Assembly: GCA_964623895.1 (NCBI GenBank)
Contig: CAZUWA010000005.1
Coordinates: forward strand, 1-52,957
Source: an uncultured Lachnospiraceae bacterium
GTDB taxonomy: Bacteria > Bacillota > Clostridia > Oscillospirales > CAG-272
Reading direction: 5' to 3'
DNA length: 52,957 bases
Within the stretch, counting starts at the first letter, position 1. Each line of letters opens with the position of its first letter. The notes beneath the pieces are model-generated. The model saw only the letters and a program-made list of their open reading frames with translations, ran no database searches and was not told the origin of the DNA. This document shows positions 8,757 through 19,288 of the stretch, one piece after another. The position numbers were made by a program, and so were the translations under genes.

Positions 8757-8855
8757 TTTCTCCTTTTCTGATAAAATTGATATAACTTTGCAGTGTCAGT
8801 ATATCATATATTTGTGAATAATTCAAGTGAAAAAATTGTGTTTTTGATGAAATCA

Positions 8856-8883
8856 AAACGACTTTGCCGAAGCAAAGTCGTTT
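8856..8883 (-). terminator. intrinsic terminator
   Basis: Perfect 12-bp stem AAACGACTTTGC with C(TTCG)G loop and T-rich tail on the minus strand. Confidence 0.7.
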
Positions 8884-8891
8884 CAGACTCG

Positions 8892-9010
8892 GACTGTCAA
8901 CAAAGTCCCAAAAGGGGCTTTGTTTTTTGCCAAAAAATAATAAGAGGAATGCAATATGATCATTCAATTCATAATGCCTCCTTATATAAGAGTTGCTCTT
9001 ATTTTATACC
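8892..9010 (-). mobile_element. possible IS remnant (IS1182-like terminal sequence)
   Basis: GGGACTTTGTTGACAGTC resembles IS1182-family right ends as recalled; preceded by an orphan AAGGAGG-ATG-AAT-TGA; no transposase. Confidence 0.3.
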
Positions 9011-9039
9011 AATTTGTAGCTGCAAAATCCGTTTTTAAA

Positions 9040-9074
9040 GAAAAACTGACTAAGCAGAGCTTAATCAGTTTTTC
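9040..9074 (-). terminator. terminator of the ABC cluster
   Basis: GAAAAACTGATTAAGC-TCT-GCTTAGTCAGTTTTTC. Confidence 0.75.
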
Positions 9075-9192
9075 GGATTACTATGATAAAATATATAGTT
9101 GATTTTGACTTGAACCGTTGTATGCCAAACGGCATACACAGTGGTATGAGAAAACAATTAATTTTGTTTTACTCGATTTGATAAATATTACA

Positions 9193-10272
9193 TCAACCGG
9201 TAATACCGGAACGCTCAATACCCTGAACCAACGACTTCTGGAAGAAGAGGTACAGAATCAACAGCGGAATGATGATAAGCAACGAACAAGTATTCTTGAT
9301 CGCCGTATCCCACAAATTCTTACCGGCATAATTGGTTGTCAGCGATTTCGGAACCTTGACGATGTTCGGCATCAAAATGATCTTCTGTCCGCTCGGGAAG
9401 AGGAGCTTCGTGTAGAAGTTATCCGTCCACTGCCAAGAGAAGGCAAAAATGAATACCGTCAACAACATCGGAACAGAAAGCGGAATGATGATAGTTACGA
9501 ATGTTCTGAACACCCCCGAACCGTCAATGTACGCCGATTCCTCCAGTTCATCCGGAACGCCCTTAAAGAACTGACGTAGTAAGAAGATGTACAAACCATT
9601 CTTGTAAGCAAGTCCGGTAAGCGACAGGATCGCCATCGGCCAATAGGAGTCAAGCAGACTCCAACCCTTTGCTGCCTTGAATGCCTCAACAAAATTGCCA
9701 CCTGTAAAGAGCGCCTTAATACCTTCAACAAGAGAATTGAGGTAAAGCGGATTGAACCTTGCAAAGTTTGAGAACATTGCGCCACGGATCACGATATGCG
9801 GAACAACCATCGTGAAGATGACCAACATAAAGATCGTACCGTTGAACTTGAACTTAAACTTTGCAAAACCGTAAGCGATAATGCAACAAGTCAAAGTCTG
9901 TAAAACCGCACACAGAAGACTGAGCACTGTGGTGTTAAGAAGTGCTTCAAAGAAGTCATTCTCCAAAATAATGTACTTGTATTGATCCAATGTCCAGTTT
10001 TTAGGGATCAATTTTACCGTAACGTCTACGAAATCCTCCATGCCCATAAAAGAGCCGGCAATCTTCGAATAGAAAGGAAAGAGGATTACATACGCGACAC
10101 CGACAAGCAGAACAAATCTGAAGACCTTGAACAGCAATGATGCAACGAAGTTCATGTTGAGGAACTTTAATCTGAAACGAGTCCATTTCGAGGTACGCTC
10201 AAACTCAACTCTGATCTTGTTCTTGCTTTCTCTCAAGACCTTGGTTTCTTTTTCATTTGCAGTATTATTCAT
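9193..10272 (-). CDS. carbohydrate ABC transporter permease (MalG-type)
   Basis: EAA motif ELEESAYIDGSG; multiple TM helices. Confidence 0.93.
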   Translation of the reverse strand: MNNTANEKETKVLRESKNKIRVEFERTSKWTRFRLKFLNMNFVASLLFKVFRFVLLVGVAYVILFPFYSKIAGSFMGMEDFVDVTVKLIPKNWTLDQYKYIILENDFFEALLNTTVLSLLCAVLQTLTCCIIAYGFAKFKFKFNGTIFMLVIFTMVVPHIVIRGAMFSNFARFNPLYLNSLVEGIKALFTGGNFVEAFKAAKGWSLLDSYWPMAILSLTGLAYKNGLYIFLLRQFFKGVPDELEESAYIDGSGVFRTFVTIIIPLSVPMLLTVFIFAFSWQWTDNFYTKLLFPSGQKIILMPNIVKVPKSLTTNYAGKNLWDTAIKNTCSLLIIIPLLILYLFFQKSLVQGIERSGITG

Positions 10273-10290
10273 GAAATGCTCCTCCTTTCC

Positions 10291-11238
10291 TCAGTCTCTT
10301 CTTTGGTAGAAGACATACGCAGAAATAACCATCGTTACGATCGCAATGATCAACATAACCAAAAGGAAATATACCCAAGCCATCGCAGATGCCGTAGTAT
10401 CGCTACTCTGCGTGCGAATCAAATTGATGACCACGTTCGACTGTGATGTGAAAGCATCGATCACAGTATAAACAGTATTTACAAGGATCATCGGGGAGAT
10501 CATCGGGAAGGTGATCTTCCAGAAGGTTTCCCAAGTGGTCGCACCGTCGATAGAGCAAGACTCATAGATTGCAGGAGAAATGGACTGTAGACCTGCAAGG
10601 AAGATCAACAACTGTACGCCCGAACGATTGATGATACCGTAAATGTTGTTTACAAGATCAGTGACATATTCAACCAATTCCGTACCGACCTTCATGCTGT
10701 CAAAGATCCTTGCTAAGTCATAATTCGAAATAATATCCGATGCACTGCTGCCCGTACTACCGTTATCCGCACCCGCGGTCGAACCCATCATGTCGTTGAT
10801 AACGTTACTGCTATCCAACTCGTCTATCAGACCTGTGCCCAAGATAACCGGCACAAAGAAGATCGCTCTGAAGATGGCTCTGCCGACCATTTTCTGGTTC
10901 AGCAGCACTGCCATAAACAGGGAGAAAATAACGATCGCGGGAATATCAAAGACCAACTGCTGGATACCACTGGTCAATGTTTTGGTAAACGTCGCATCCT
11001 CTGTAAAAATATAGATATAGTTTTTCAGTCCGACAAATGTACCGTTCGCATTCGCCTTATCGAGGAAACTGTAACGGATGGAGGTATAGATCATCGGAAG
11101 GTAGACTGCGATAAAGCCGATGAGGAAGGGGGCGATAAACCACCATCCCGCCTTCGCTTTCTTTTTGTCAAGCGAAGCAACCTTCCTGCGTCTCTTTTTC
11201 GGAGTTGCCATGGAAGAAATACTCTTGGTGTTATCCAT
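10291..11238 (-). CDS. carbohydrate ABC transporter permease (MalF-type)
   Basis: AGLQSISPAIYESCSIDGAT EAA motif. Confidence 0.93.
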   Translation of the reverse strand: MDNTKSISSMATPKKRRRKVASLDKKKAKAGWWFIAPFLIGFIAVYLPMIYTSIRYSFLDKANANGTFVGLKNYIYIFTEDATFTKTLTSGIQQLVFDIPAIVIFSLFMAVLLNQKMVGRAIFRAIFFVPVILGTGLIDELDSSNVINDMMGSTAGADNGSTGSSASDIISNYDLARIFDSMKVGTELVEYVTDLVNNIYGIINRSGVQLLIFLAGLQSISPAIYESCSIDGATTWETFWKITFPMISPMILVNTVYTVIDAFTSQSNVVINLIRTQSSDTTASAMAWVYFLLVMLIIAIVTMVISAYVFYQRRD

Positions 11239-11260
11239 TATCTTTCACTCCTTTCTCCGG

Positions 11261-14200
11261 TCAGACCTTGAGGAAGCTGTAAGCTTCCACAAGGACATTT
11301 TCACCGTTAATGTTCACAAGAACATCGAAATAGTTGTAGTTGAGATAGAACGATACGCCATTATCGTAACTTACCTTCACCACACTGCTATCGTTGATCA
11401 CATATTCGGACTTCAAAACGTTTCCGTCCACATCGATCTTGCCAGTCACGGTCAAAACATACTTTCCGTTTTCATCGATATAGTATGTGCCTACATAGCT
11501 GTCTCTGGTGTACGCACTGGGATCCATTCTGTCTGCTTCTTCAACTTTATAAAGAGGCGCATACTGATCCATTACCGCATCGAGAGACGCTTTAGCCGCT
11601 TCAAAATCCTTCTTTGCAGCCGCCAGGTTCGCAACATACTGCTCTTTTTCGCCAACAGCGATCGCAGCGTCGATCTTTACTTTCAAAGCATCAATCTCAG
11701 CCATCTTCTCTTCAGTTAGTTCACCGCTCTTCAAAATTTCAAGGATTTGCGCTCTGTAGATATTCGGCTCGGTTTCAGTCTTTCTCTTGATTAACGCTTC
11801 TGCACTTTCCACTCTGGTTTTTGCTGCGTTATACTCGGCAATTGCCTTTTGGATTGCTTCTCTCGAAATTCTGTAGCTTTCAGCACTTTCGTCGGCATCA
11901 GGAAGTCTTTCTGAAACAATATACTCATGCTTTTCAAAGGTTGCACTCTGAACGTCCTTCAAAAGTTCATTCAAAGTACGGTAGGTATCAATGATATCCT
12001 CTTTCCATGTGCTATAGTCCAAAGAATAATACTTAGAATACTCGCTGTTTTCCTTGAGGTATCTGGTATTCTGGGTAGCAATGATGAAATACGGCGATGC
12101 ACCGTTTTCAATCAAGCGCAGGATCTCGATCTTAAGGTCAGAAGACATGTTGGTTGCCGTACCTGCATAGTTCAAGTTACCGTGCAGTACCATCGATACA
12201 AACGGAACATATTCACTGGTCTTTAGATAGTTACTACCCGTTAACGACATGTTCAGAACATGATCCACATAAGGCAAGGTATATGCGTTACCACCATCGA
12301 CCATCACAGAACCATAGTCATTTGCCATTTTTTCAAGAATTCTTTCGGTGAATTCTCTGGTATCCTCTCTGTTATAGGGCTCATCCTCATCAAAGTCAGA
12401 GTTGAGGTCTGTACCAAGAGAGCCAACGGAAATACCCATATTTCCGAATTTGGCATAGTTCTTATTGAATGTCGTGTAGAAGTAATCGTACACCGACGCG
12501 GACACAGCCAAAAGACCGGTGTTCATAAAGATCTGGAAGGTGCTGTCGTATTCTTTCTTGGTAATGTAACGATCGTCGATCGTCTTAACCGCATGGTCGT
12601 CGTTAGAATAACCATCGAACAGTTTGTCTTTTTGCATATATGCAAAGTCGAAGTCGGGGTAAACACCGACACTGTTTTCTTTGGCAAAGGAAACGAAATC
12701 GCTAAATCCCTTATTACCGCCAACGACCTTTTGGAAATTCACCTTATATGGCATGGTGGAAGATAGACCACCATTCGCAAAGCCCTTCAGTCTTATATTG
12801 ACATTGGTAATGCTGTAGCCCTCTTCTTCGCCATTGTCGTTAACAATGGTTACATTCTTCAACTCATTGACGATCATTTGGAGATCATCAAAAGTAGTCA
12901 AGGCAATCTGCTTAGTCGTCGGAACGGTCAGCACGCTTGTCTGGATGCTCATCGAACCGAATGCTTCCAAATACAGCGGAATATCACCGTCTGTTTTTTC
13001 AAGAGGAGTCAGGATGCCCTTGCTCAAGAGATAATCACGGTAAGCCGCAGCCATACCGGAATAGGTTGCCTCGTGCTCTGCATCCTTATACGCCGTCTTT
13101 TCCACATTCTCGCCGGAGACGTTCTGGAGCATATACACCTTTATGGTATAACTTCCGCTGTACTTTCTCTCTGAAACGACCGTCCAAGCCTGGTCAGAAC
13201 CGACGGAGATCGAGTCCGCAAGGTTGTAGCTGTCGCTCGGTCGGGGGGTAACTGTCACGTATGCATAGTTGTAAGGATGACGCGCGCCGCCCGATCCTGC
13301 AACAATCGACGCAAGCGTCGAACCGCTGGTGATGACCGCAAAGAAGCCATTGGAGGTAGTGATCTCAAAGGTGTTGTCGACAATCGTGTCTTCCCCTTTA
13401 TTCTCGTCCTTCTCAATATCATCTTCCTCGGAATCCTTTGGGGGAGCAACATACTCTACAGTCTCAAATTTGATCTCATGACAGAAGGAACAAGTATATT
13501 TATAGATACCGAGTTGTCCTTCCGATTCTGCAATGATACATTCGGGTGTACCATAAGTATGCCCACATGCCTTCACCGTTGTTTTATTGATTACGTTTCC
13601 GCATGTTGTGCATTCTTCCCACTGATGGTAGTCTTCGTGACATCCAGTCTTGTCATTCTTGACTGTATAGTTATGACCAAGAGCCGGTTCGACATTTTCC
13701 TGTATTACCACTTCGTGTCCGCAGTGAATGCATTCAGTGTAGTAGTAGCCGGCTTTCGTACAGGTGGGATCTTTCAGTTCAATATCATCATATACATGAT
13801 CGACCGCAGTCTGCGAAACCACTCTGCCGTTTTCTTTGATGGTTAGATAACATTTACCGTTTCGATAGGTGTATTCCGAACTATAGCTTTCCTTATAACC
13901 GCAGTCGGTACACACACCGTTCACCATTTCGTGGTATTCATCGCTGATCTCCCGATGTGTTTTACCACAATCCTTGCAAGTGTATGCCATATAACAGATA
14001 TGATTTGTACGATCTGACGTCTTAACACCTTCACCGGACGGCTGATGCAGTCCTTTGGTAATCTCCTTGTGATTACAAAGCGTACAGGTCAGTGTCTTGA
14101 CACAAATGCCATCGACCTCTGTGTACACCGCTTCGCCGTAAGTGTGTTCGATATCCGTTTCCACAATCGCTTCGCAAAGAGTACAATAATCGATCGTATA

Positions 14201-16171
14201 GCATCTGCCGTTCTTATGAACTTCCTGATGCTTTGTGGGATCAAAGGTATGATCAATCTCTGCAAGTTCGACATCGGGATTCAATTGATCGCAAACGCCT
14301 TCATACTGGTATACACGTTTGCCGTTGACCATTTCGTATACCGCTGTTCCATCTTCGCCGATCACGGGATTGATGCCGTTTACACAGTGTTGTGCCTCAT
14401 AGCAAATGTGATTTTCTTTATCCGCGTAGGTAAAGTCTTCGTAACTGTGTTCGATCTTCGGTGTAGTAACAATATAAGTCTTGTAATCAGGCTTGCTGGA
14501 AGGATTCAGTTCGTATTCCTTATCCAATTTATCATTACATGTCTTACACTGCATCTCCGATTTACCTTCCGACTGGCAGGTAGCCGGGATCAGAACTTTT
14601 GCAGAGGAACCGATATAATTGTGCTCACACGCTTTGGTCTCCAAAACGCGCAGTTCCTCGCCGCATACTGCACAGTACTCGTACTTCTTGTAATCGGTGC
14701 CGGTGCTACAGTCTGCTTCCACTATTCTGATAACCGGTCTGTGGTTACAAACTTCTTCAGCAGTACCGTCCGACTTTAAGGTATACTTACGAGTTGTATC
14801 CTCAATGATTCCGTATACAGGGAAACGCATTTTTTCGGCAGTTCCCTTGTAATCAACCGGGAGCGTGTGGTATGCATTGTCCGGACCATAAAGAGTACCG
14901 GAACTGAAGGATACCGCAGTGCCGATAAAGTCTTCAAAGCGAATGATCGTACCGGAACCATCGGGAATAAAGGTATAACCGGTGTACTCGTTGCTTCCTG
15001 CACCCATGTAAGGAAGAATCTGTACAGAGTTCAGTCTGAAATTTTCTTCATCGAAGGTGATAGAGTTTGCAGGAAGTCTGACAACAAAGCCATCCTCCTC
15101 AATTCTATACTCAAGCGCCATCTTGAAGACGGGCAGTGTTTCCTTATTACCAACAAATTCAGTCAACTCGTGGTCATATGCCAGTGTGTCATAGTTGTAT
15201 TCGGGAACCCATGAACGAATGATCGACTCGATCTTGTTCTTTTCCTGATTGGTTGCCATCTCCTGACCGGAGAGGTAATAGATCGACATTCTGCCGCTGT
15301 AAGATCCGGACAATCCCTCTGCATAACCTTCACTGGTGTAGGTCTTCGACGCAGAAGAACCGTCCCACTTTTCAAGAACCGGGAACTGTGCTTCACGCTC
15401 ACGGATCTGGCTTGCGGTCAGACCGGACTGGTTCATGTCGTGGCATCCATAGAAGGAATTCATCTTTCTAAGATCTACGGGGTCTTCGATACGCGCAAGA
15501 ATGACATTCTCAAAACGGTACTTTTCCATTGTAAAAGGAACAAGTCTTCTCTCGTCCTCTTGACCAATGGTATATTCTACGCAGATACCGTTTTTAATGT
15601 AAGAGACTTTGATCTGCTGTCTCGCTGCCGAGTCAGCATAACTGTTCATCGTTTCGGTCTTACCGGTCTTGATGGTGTCATAACTGATGATAAGTTGTGC
15701 CATCATCGGGCGGAATACCGATTTGGAAGTGACAGATGTCAGAGCCTCATATGGGTTGGTAAACAGGATCTGACCGGTCGTTGTGTTTTTGATAGCAACT
15801 TCACCACTGTCTTCCTGTACATACAGCGCATAGCCGTCTTTTTCGATGTAGGGCGAATAGGTGTATACCGGATTTCCGTGTTCATCCACCTTCTGCACGC
15901 CGTTTTCATCAAGAACAGGGGTCTTGATGCTCATCGCATTCAGTTTGTCAAGATCGGAAACATATTGCAGTTTCTCGAACGCAGTCATCCACTCATCCGG
16001 TGTCAGTTCCGTGACAGTTGTCTCGTTCTCGTTGTCATCATCTTCACTCGGATCGACTGTTTCGTCCGCATATATCGGAACGATCGTAGCAGTCAGTACA
16101 GTTGTAAATGCTCCAACGACCATCAGCAAAGCAAGAAGAGCAGATAAAAATCTGGTCATTACTGTTTTCAT
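11261..16171 (-). CDS. large exported DUF5696-like protein (glycoside-hydrolase-like barrel) with Cys/His-rich insertion
   Basis: Signal peptide; GYTFIPDGSGTIIRF, GFANGG, VYPDFDF, VPFVSMVLHG motifs; position in the conserved ABC cluster. Confidence 0.75.
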   Translation of the reverse strand: MKTVMTRFLSALLALLMVVGAFTTVLTATIVPIYADETVDPSEDDDNENETTVTELTPDEWMTAFEKLQYVSDLDKLNAMSIKTPVLDENGVQKVDEHGNPVYTYSPYIEKDGYALYVQEDSGEVAIKNTTTGQILFTNPYEALTSVTSKSVFRPMMAQLIISYDTIKTGKTETMNSYADSAARQQIKVSYIKNGICVEYTIGQEDERRLVPFTMEKYRFENVILARIEDPVDLRKMNSFYGCHDMNQSGLTASQIREREAQFPVLEKWDGSSASKTYTSEGYAEGLSGSYSGRMSIYYLSGQEMATNQEKNKIESIIRSWVPEYNYDTLAYDHELTEFVGNKETLPVFKMALEYRIEEDGFVVRLPANSITFDEENFRLNSVQILPYMGAGSNEYTGYTFIPDGSGTIIRFEDFIGTAVSFSSGTLYGPDNAYHTLPVDYKGTAEKMRFPVYGIIEDTTRKYTLKSDGTAEEVCNHRPVIRIVEADCSTGTDYKKYEYCAVCGEELRVLETKACEHNYIGSSAKVLIPATCQSEGKSEMQCKTCNDKLDKEYELNPSSKPDYKTYIVTTPKIEHSYEDFTYADKENHICYEAQHCVNGINPVIGEDGTAVYEMVNGKRVYQYEGVCDQLNPDVELAEIDHTFDPTKHQEVHKNGRCYTIDYCTLCEAIVETDIEHTYGEAVYTEVDGICVKTLTCTLCNHKEITKGLHQPSGEGVKTSDRTNHICYMAYTCKDCGKTHREISDEYHEMVNGVCTDCGYKESYSSEYTYRNGKCYLTIKENGRVVSQTAVDHVYDDIELKDPTCTKAGYYYTECIHCGHEVVIQENVEPALGHNYTVKNDKTGCHEDYHQWEECTTCGNVINKTTVKACGHTYGTPECIIAESEGQLGIYKYTCSFCHEIKFETVEYVAPPKDSEEDDIEKDENKGEDTIVDNTFEITTSNGFFAVITSGSTLASIVAGSGGARHPYNYAYVTVTPRPSDSYNLADSISVGSDQAWTVVSERKYSGSYTIKVYMLQNVSGENVEKTAYKDAEHEATYSGMAAAYRDYLLSKGILTPLEKTDGDIPLYLEAFGSMSIQTSVLTVPTTKQIALTTFDDLQMIVNELKNVTIVNDNGEEEGYSITNVNIRLKGFANGGLSSTMPYKVNFQKVVGGNKGFSDFVSFAKENSVGVYPDFDFAYMQKDKLFDGYSNDDHAVKTIDDRYITKKEYDSTFQIFMNTGLLAVSASVYDYFYTTFNKNYAKFGNMGISVGSLGTDLNSDFDEDEPYNREDTREFTERILEKMANDYGSVMVDGGNAYTLPYVDHVLNMSLTGSNYLKTSEYVPFVSMVLHGNLNYAGTATNMSSDLKIEILRLIENGASPYFIIATQNTRYLKENSEYSKYYSLDYSTWKEDIIDTYRTLNELLKDVQSATFEKHEYIVSERLPDADESAESYRISREAIQKAIAEYNAAKTRVESAEALIKRKTETEPNIYRAQILEILKSGELTEEKMAEIDALKVKIDAAIAVGEKEQYVANLAAAKKDFEAAKASLDAVMDQYAPLYKVEEADRMDPSAYTRDSYVGTYYIDENGKYVLTVTGKIDVDGNVLKSEYVINDSSVVKVSYDNGVSFYLNYNYFDVLVNINGENVLVEAYSFLKV

Positions 16172-16189
16172 TTTTATTCTCTCCTTTCT

Positions 16190-18400
16190 CTACATACGGA
16201 ATGACAATTCTGTAAAGATGTTGCCAACGAAAGAGGTCATCTTCATCAAAAGTCCTGAGAACAAAATCACTAAGAACATGATGATACACATACCTACAAT
16301 CGTACCGAGAATTGTCAAAATGTTTTTGCTCATGGTATAGTCATGTGTAACCATAACGCCAAAGAACAGCATTATGAAGAACCATACCCAAGCGAAACCG
16401 GTAATCAAAGACACAAATCCTGTCTCAGATTCGGTTACAAAATTGGAAATTACAGTTGCAATAATGATCAAGTAAGACAAGGGCGATGCCGCATAGCAAG
16501 TAGCAATGAAGATATCCTTGAATGTTCCTTCACCCTCCATCAATGTGGTCAGACACCAGTTTGCAGTCACGAACAGCATGAGCGGTACAACGATACCAAT
16601 TGCCTGCGTGAGTGCACTGCCTGCCGTCGCATTTGTCGAACCGCTGACGATGTAACTGGTACCGAAAGACTGATACACAAACGCAATGGTCACCATCACA
16701 AGCCAGAAGATCGCCCCTCTGACCGATCCTCTTTTCTCGTGTTTAAGATCCCAGAAACCGTCAAACGGATGGACAATCACATGGAATGCATAGAGAATTT
16801 CTTCACCGACGTTTCTCTTACCCTTCTTATGCGTTGCCCTATCGTTGACCTTTTCAACAAACCCAAGGAATTTGGACAGAGCGATCAACAGAACCACTGC
16901 AATGACCACGATCCAAATAAGAATCTTGGAGATCAAGTCTTTTCTGTACATCTTGAATGAATCGGAATAACTGCTCTTATCATATGCGGTTTTGTACATA
17001 TCCATGGCTTCTTCCCATTTACCTTCTCTGTAAAGGGTGTCACCAATACCGACATATGCTGCATCATAGTTATTATTTCTCTTTAAAATCTCTTTCCAGT
17101 CATCCTCAGCCTTGTCATACTCTTTATTGTTGGTATGCTCAAGCGCCGTCATAAGAATGTCGCCATACTCCGTTCTCTTATAGATCGTAATAGAGTTGTT
17201 TTCCTGGTCGAGCGCCAACAAACGGCAGGGAATACCGGATGCATCTTCAGTCACGAACTGATAAGCGATAGCGGAAATAGTTTTGGTATTACCAAGCTGA
17301 GAACCCTTATCACCAAAGACGACCAACAGGTTACCATTCTTGTCGTATGTGAAAATATGGCTTCTCTTTTGGTCTGCGATCGACCATGTACCTTCCTGAC
17401 CGATTGCCACATCAACGATCTTAGAAGCCCCTGTCGGCGCACCTTGATTGGTTGTGGTCAACTTATTGCTGACGGAAACTTCGCCGGAAGGCGGATAGAA
17501 GCCGTTTCGACGCATGATGTCATCGCCGTTTGGGTTCAATTTCTTCACCGGTGCATAGTCGCTTGAAGTGGACTTTCCGGTCACTGCGCTCTGCTGAGAA
17601 GACTCATCGATCGCATCGGTGGTGACATAGATCATGTCATTCTCATCAATATCGATGTTGTTAAATGGGTAAGAGAGATTCTGCTCATTCTGTGCTTTCT
17701 GCGCCGCCGTTTGGAATCTCGACCACAGAGCATCCAGTACGCTTGAGTCCGCCTTTGTGGAAGCCACAATACAGCTGAAAGCACCATCAGCATTGAGCGC
17801 GATCACGCCCTCATATGTATCTCTCGATACAACGTAGATTGTCCCCGATTTGTTTACTGCCACCGCAACGGGTGCGTAAGATGCATCGCTATCAAAGACA
17901 TCCGATACCGGACGGTCAAAGTGGCGAAGGTAATTGCCCTCATAGTCGAATACTACCAGTCTTGCGTTTCCTGTATCAGCAACAAAGATCTCACCGTCTT
18001 TGCTTCCGGATTTCGAGGTAACAAAGACACCTTCCGGCGCGCTTAACGCGTCTGCAACACCGTTACTGTTTGTAAAGGAAGTCAATATCAGAACGACTTT
18101 TTTCAAGTACTTGTCTGTAACAACGATACGATTGTTTTTCGGATCTGCAATATAAACCTTGTTGTTATAGTCTACAAAGAGGTCTTTTGGGGTATTAAGC
18201 GGTGTTGTCAAGCCCAAGTCCGAAGAGGTGATCGCGGCACCGTCCGGAGTAAATGCGTCGGGGGACGCTAGCGCTGTACCATCGATCGAGTAGGTATAAG
18301 ATGCAGCCGTTGAAACGATACTGCCAAACAAAGTGCCGAGAAGCATGCAGAGCGCAATACCCAAGGTGATGAATCTGATTGATTTTTTCATTGTACTCAT
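16190..18400 (-). CDS. NHL beta-propeller + TPR + Yip1-domain membrane protein
   Basis: Signal peptide; NHL repeats YIADPKNNRIV and FVADTGNARLV; TPR AAYVGIGDTLY; Yip1 HPFDGFWDLK followed by about five TM helices. Confidence 0.85.
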   Translation of the reverse strand: MSTMKKSIRFITLGIALCMLLGTLFGSIVSTAASYTYSIDGTALASPDAFTPDGAAITSSDLGLTTPLNTPKDLFVDYNNKVYIADPKNNRIVVTDKYLKKVVLILTSFTNSNGVADALSAPEGVFVTSKSGSKDGEIFVADTGNARLVVFDYEGNYLRHFDRPVSDVFDSDASYAPVAVAVNKSGTIYVVSRDTYEGVIALNADGAFSCIVASTKADSSVLDALWSRFQTAAQKAQNEQNLSYPFNNIDIDENDMIYVTTDAIDESSQQSAVTGKSTSSDYAPVKKLNPNGDDIMRRNGFYPPSGEVSVSNKLTTTNQGAPTGASKIVDVAIGQEGTWSIADQKRSHIFTYDKNGNLLVVFGDKGSQLGNTKTISAIAYQFVTEDASGIPCRLLALDQENNSITIYKRTEYGDILMTALEHTNNKEYDKAEDDWKEILKRNNNYDAAYVGIGDTLYREGKWEEAMDMYKTAYDKSSYSDSFKMYRKDLISKILIWIVVIAVVLLIALSKFLGFVEKVNDRATHKKGKRNVGEEILYAFHVIVHPFDGFWDLKHEKRGSVRGAIFWLVMVTIAFVYQSFGTSYIVSGSTNATAGSALTQAIGIVVPLMLFVTANWCLTTLMEGEGTFKDIFIATCYAASPLSYLIIIATVISNFVTESETGFVSLITGFAWVWFFIMLFFGVMVTHDYTMSKNILTILGTIVGMCIIMFLVILFSGLLMKMTSFVGNIFTELSFRM

Positions 18401-18405
18401 CCTCC

Positions 18406-19287
18406 TTAGTCCTTCATACCGGAGGTAGACATCGTCTCGATAATGTTACTCTGCGTGACGACGAACACAGCGATCGGAACGATCATCATAACGACCGTCG
18501 AGGCTGCACCGGCGCCCGCACGGACGATACCGCCGGCAAGGATCTGACCGATTGCGTAGTTGAATGTTTTAAGGTCTTCACTGTAAATATAGATCGAAGA
18601 ACCGGAATTCCAAAGTCCTTGGAAGGAATATACGATCATTGTCAGCCATGCCGGTTTTACCATCGGCATCGCAATCGTTAAGAATGTTCGTAATTCACTT
18701 GCACCGTCCAGTCGTGCCGATTCTAGCACAGCATCGGAAACGGAGGACTCCATGAACTGTTTCATTAAGTAAAGTCCAAGAGTAGAACCCCAAGCAGGTA
18801 CGATAACCGCCCAAAGGGTATCCACAAAGTGGAGTTTTGACATAATAAAGAAGGAAGAAATCGCACCAACGGTGGAATTGAACATCAACGATTTCACGAT
18901 CAGTTCAAACATGATCTTTCTTCCCGGAAAGCGCATCTTCGCAAGAACATACGCCGCCATTGAAGAGAACACCAAGTTACCGAACGTTCCGCCCACCGAA
19001 ATGATGACCGTATTGAAAATGTATCTCGAGAAAGGAACCCAAGAGGTGTTCATCAGCCTAAACAGGTCAAAATAGTTGTCGAATGTCGGGTTTTCAGGCA
19101 AGAACTTCGGGGGGAATACCCAAAGTTCATCCAGCGGTTTCAAAGACTGCATAATAGCGTAAAACATCGGCAAAAACATAAATGCGCCAATCAGTATCAT
19201 GAAAACGGAGATGCCGAAGTCGCCACCTTTGGAACGGTTCAAGACAACACGATGGTTTCTGATTCTTAATTTATTCACTTTTGCCAT
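18406..19287 (-). CDS. carbohydrate ABC transporter permease (MalG-type)
   Basis: VLESARLDGASE EAA motif. Confidence 0.93.
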   Translation of the reverse strand: MAKVNKLRIRNHRVVLNRSKGGDFGISVFMILIGAFMFLPMFYAIMQSLKPLDELWVFPPKFLPENPTFDNYFDLFRLMNTSWVPFSRYIFNTVIISVGGTFGNLVFSSMAAYVLAKMRFPGRKIMFELIVKSLMFNSTVGAISSFFIMSKLHFVDTLWAVIVPAWGSTLGLYLMKQFMESSVSDAVLESARLDGASELRTFLTIAMPMVKPAWLTMIVYSFQGLWNSGSSIYIYSEDLKTFNYAIGQILAGGIVRAGAGAASTVVMMIVPIAVFVVTQSNIIETMSTSGMKD

Positions 19288-19288
19288 C

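Noticed and set aside
13478-13492. CxxCH (CSFCH) heme-c motif in the DUF5696-like protein
   Set aside because: Only one of nine CxxC units is followed directly by His; it fits a zinc-ribbon repeat, not a multiheme cytochrome
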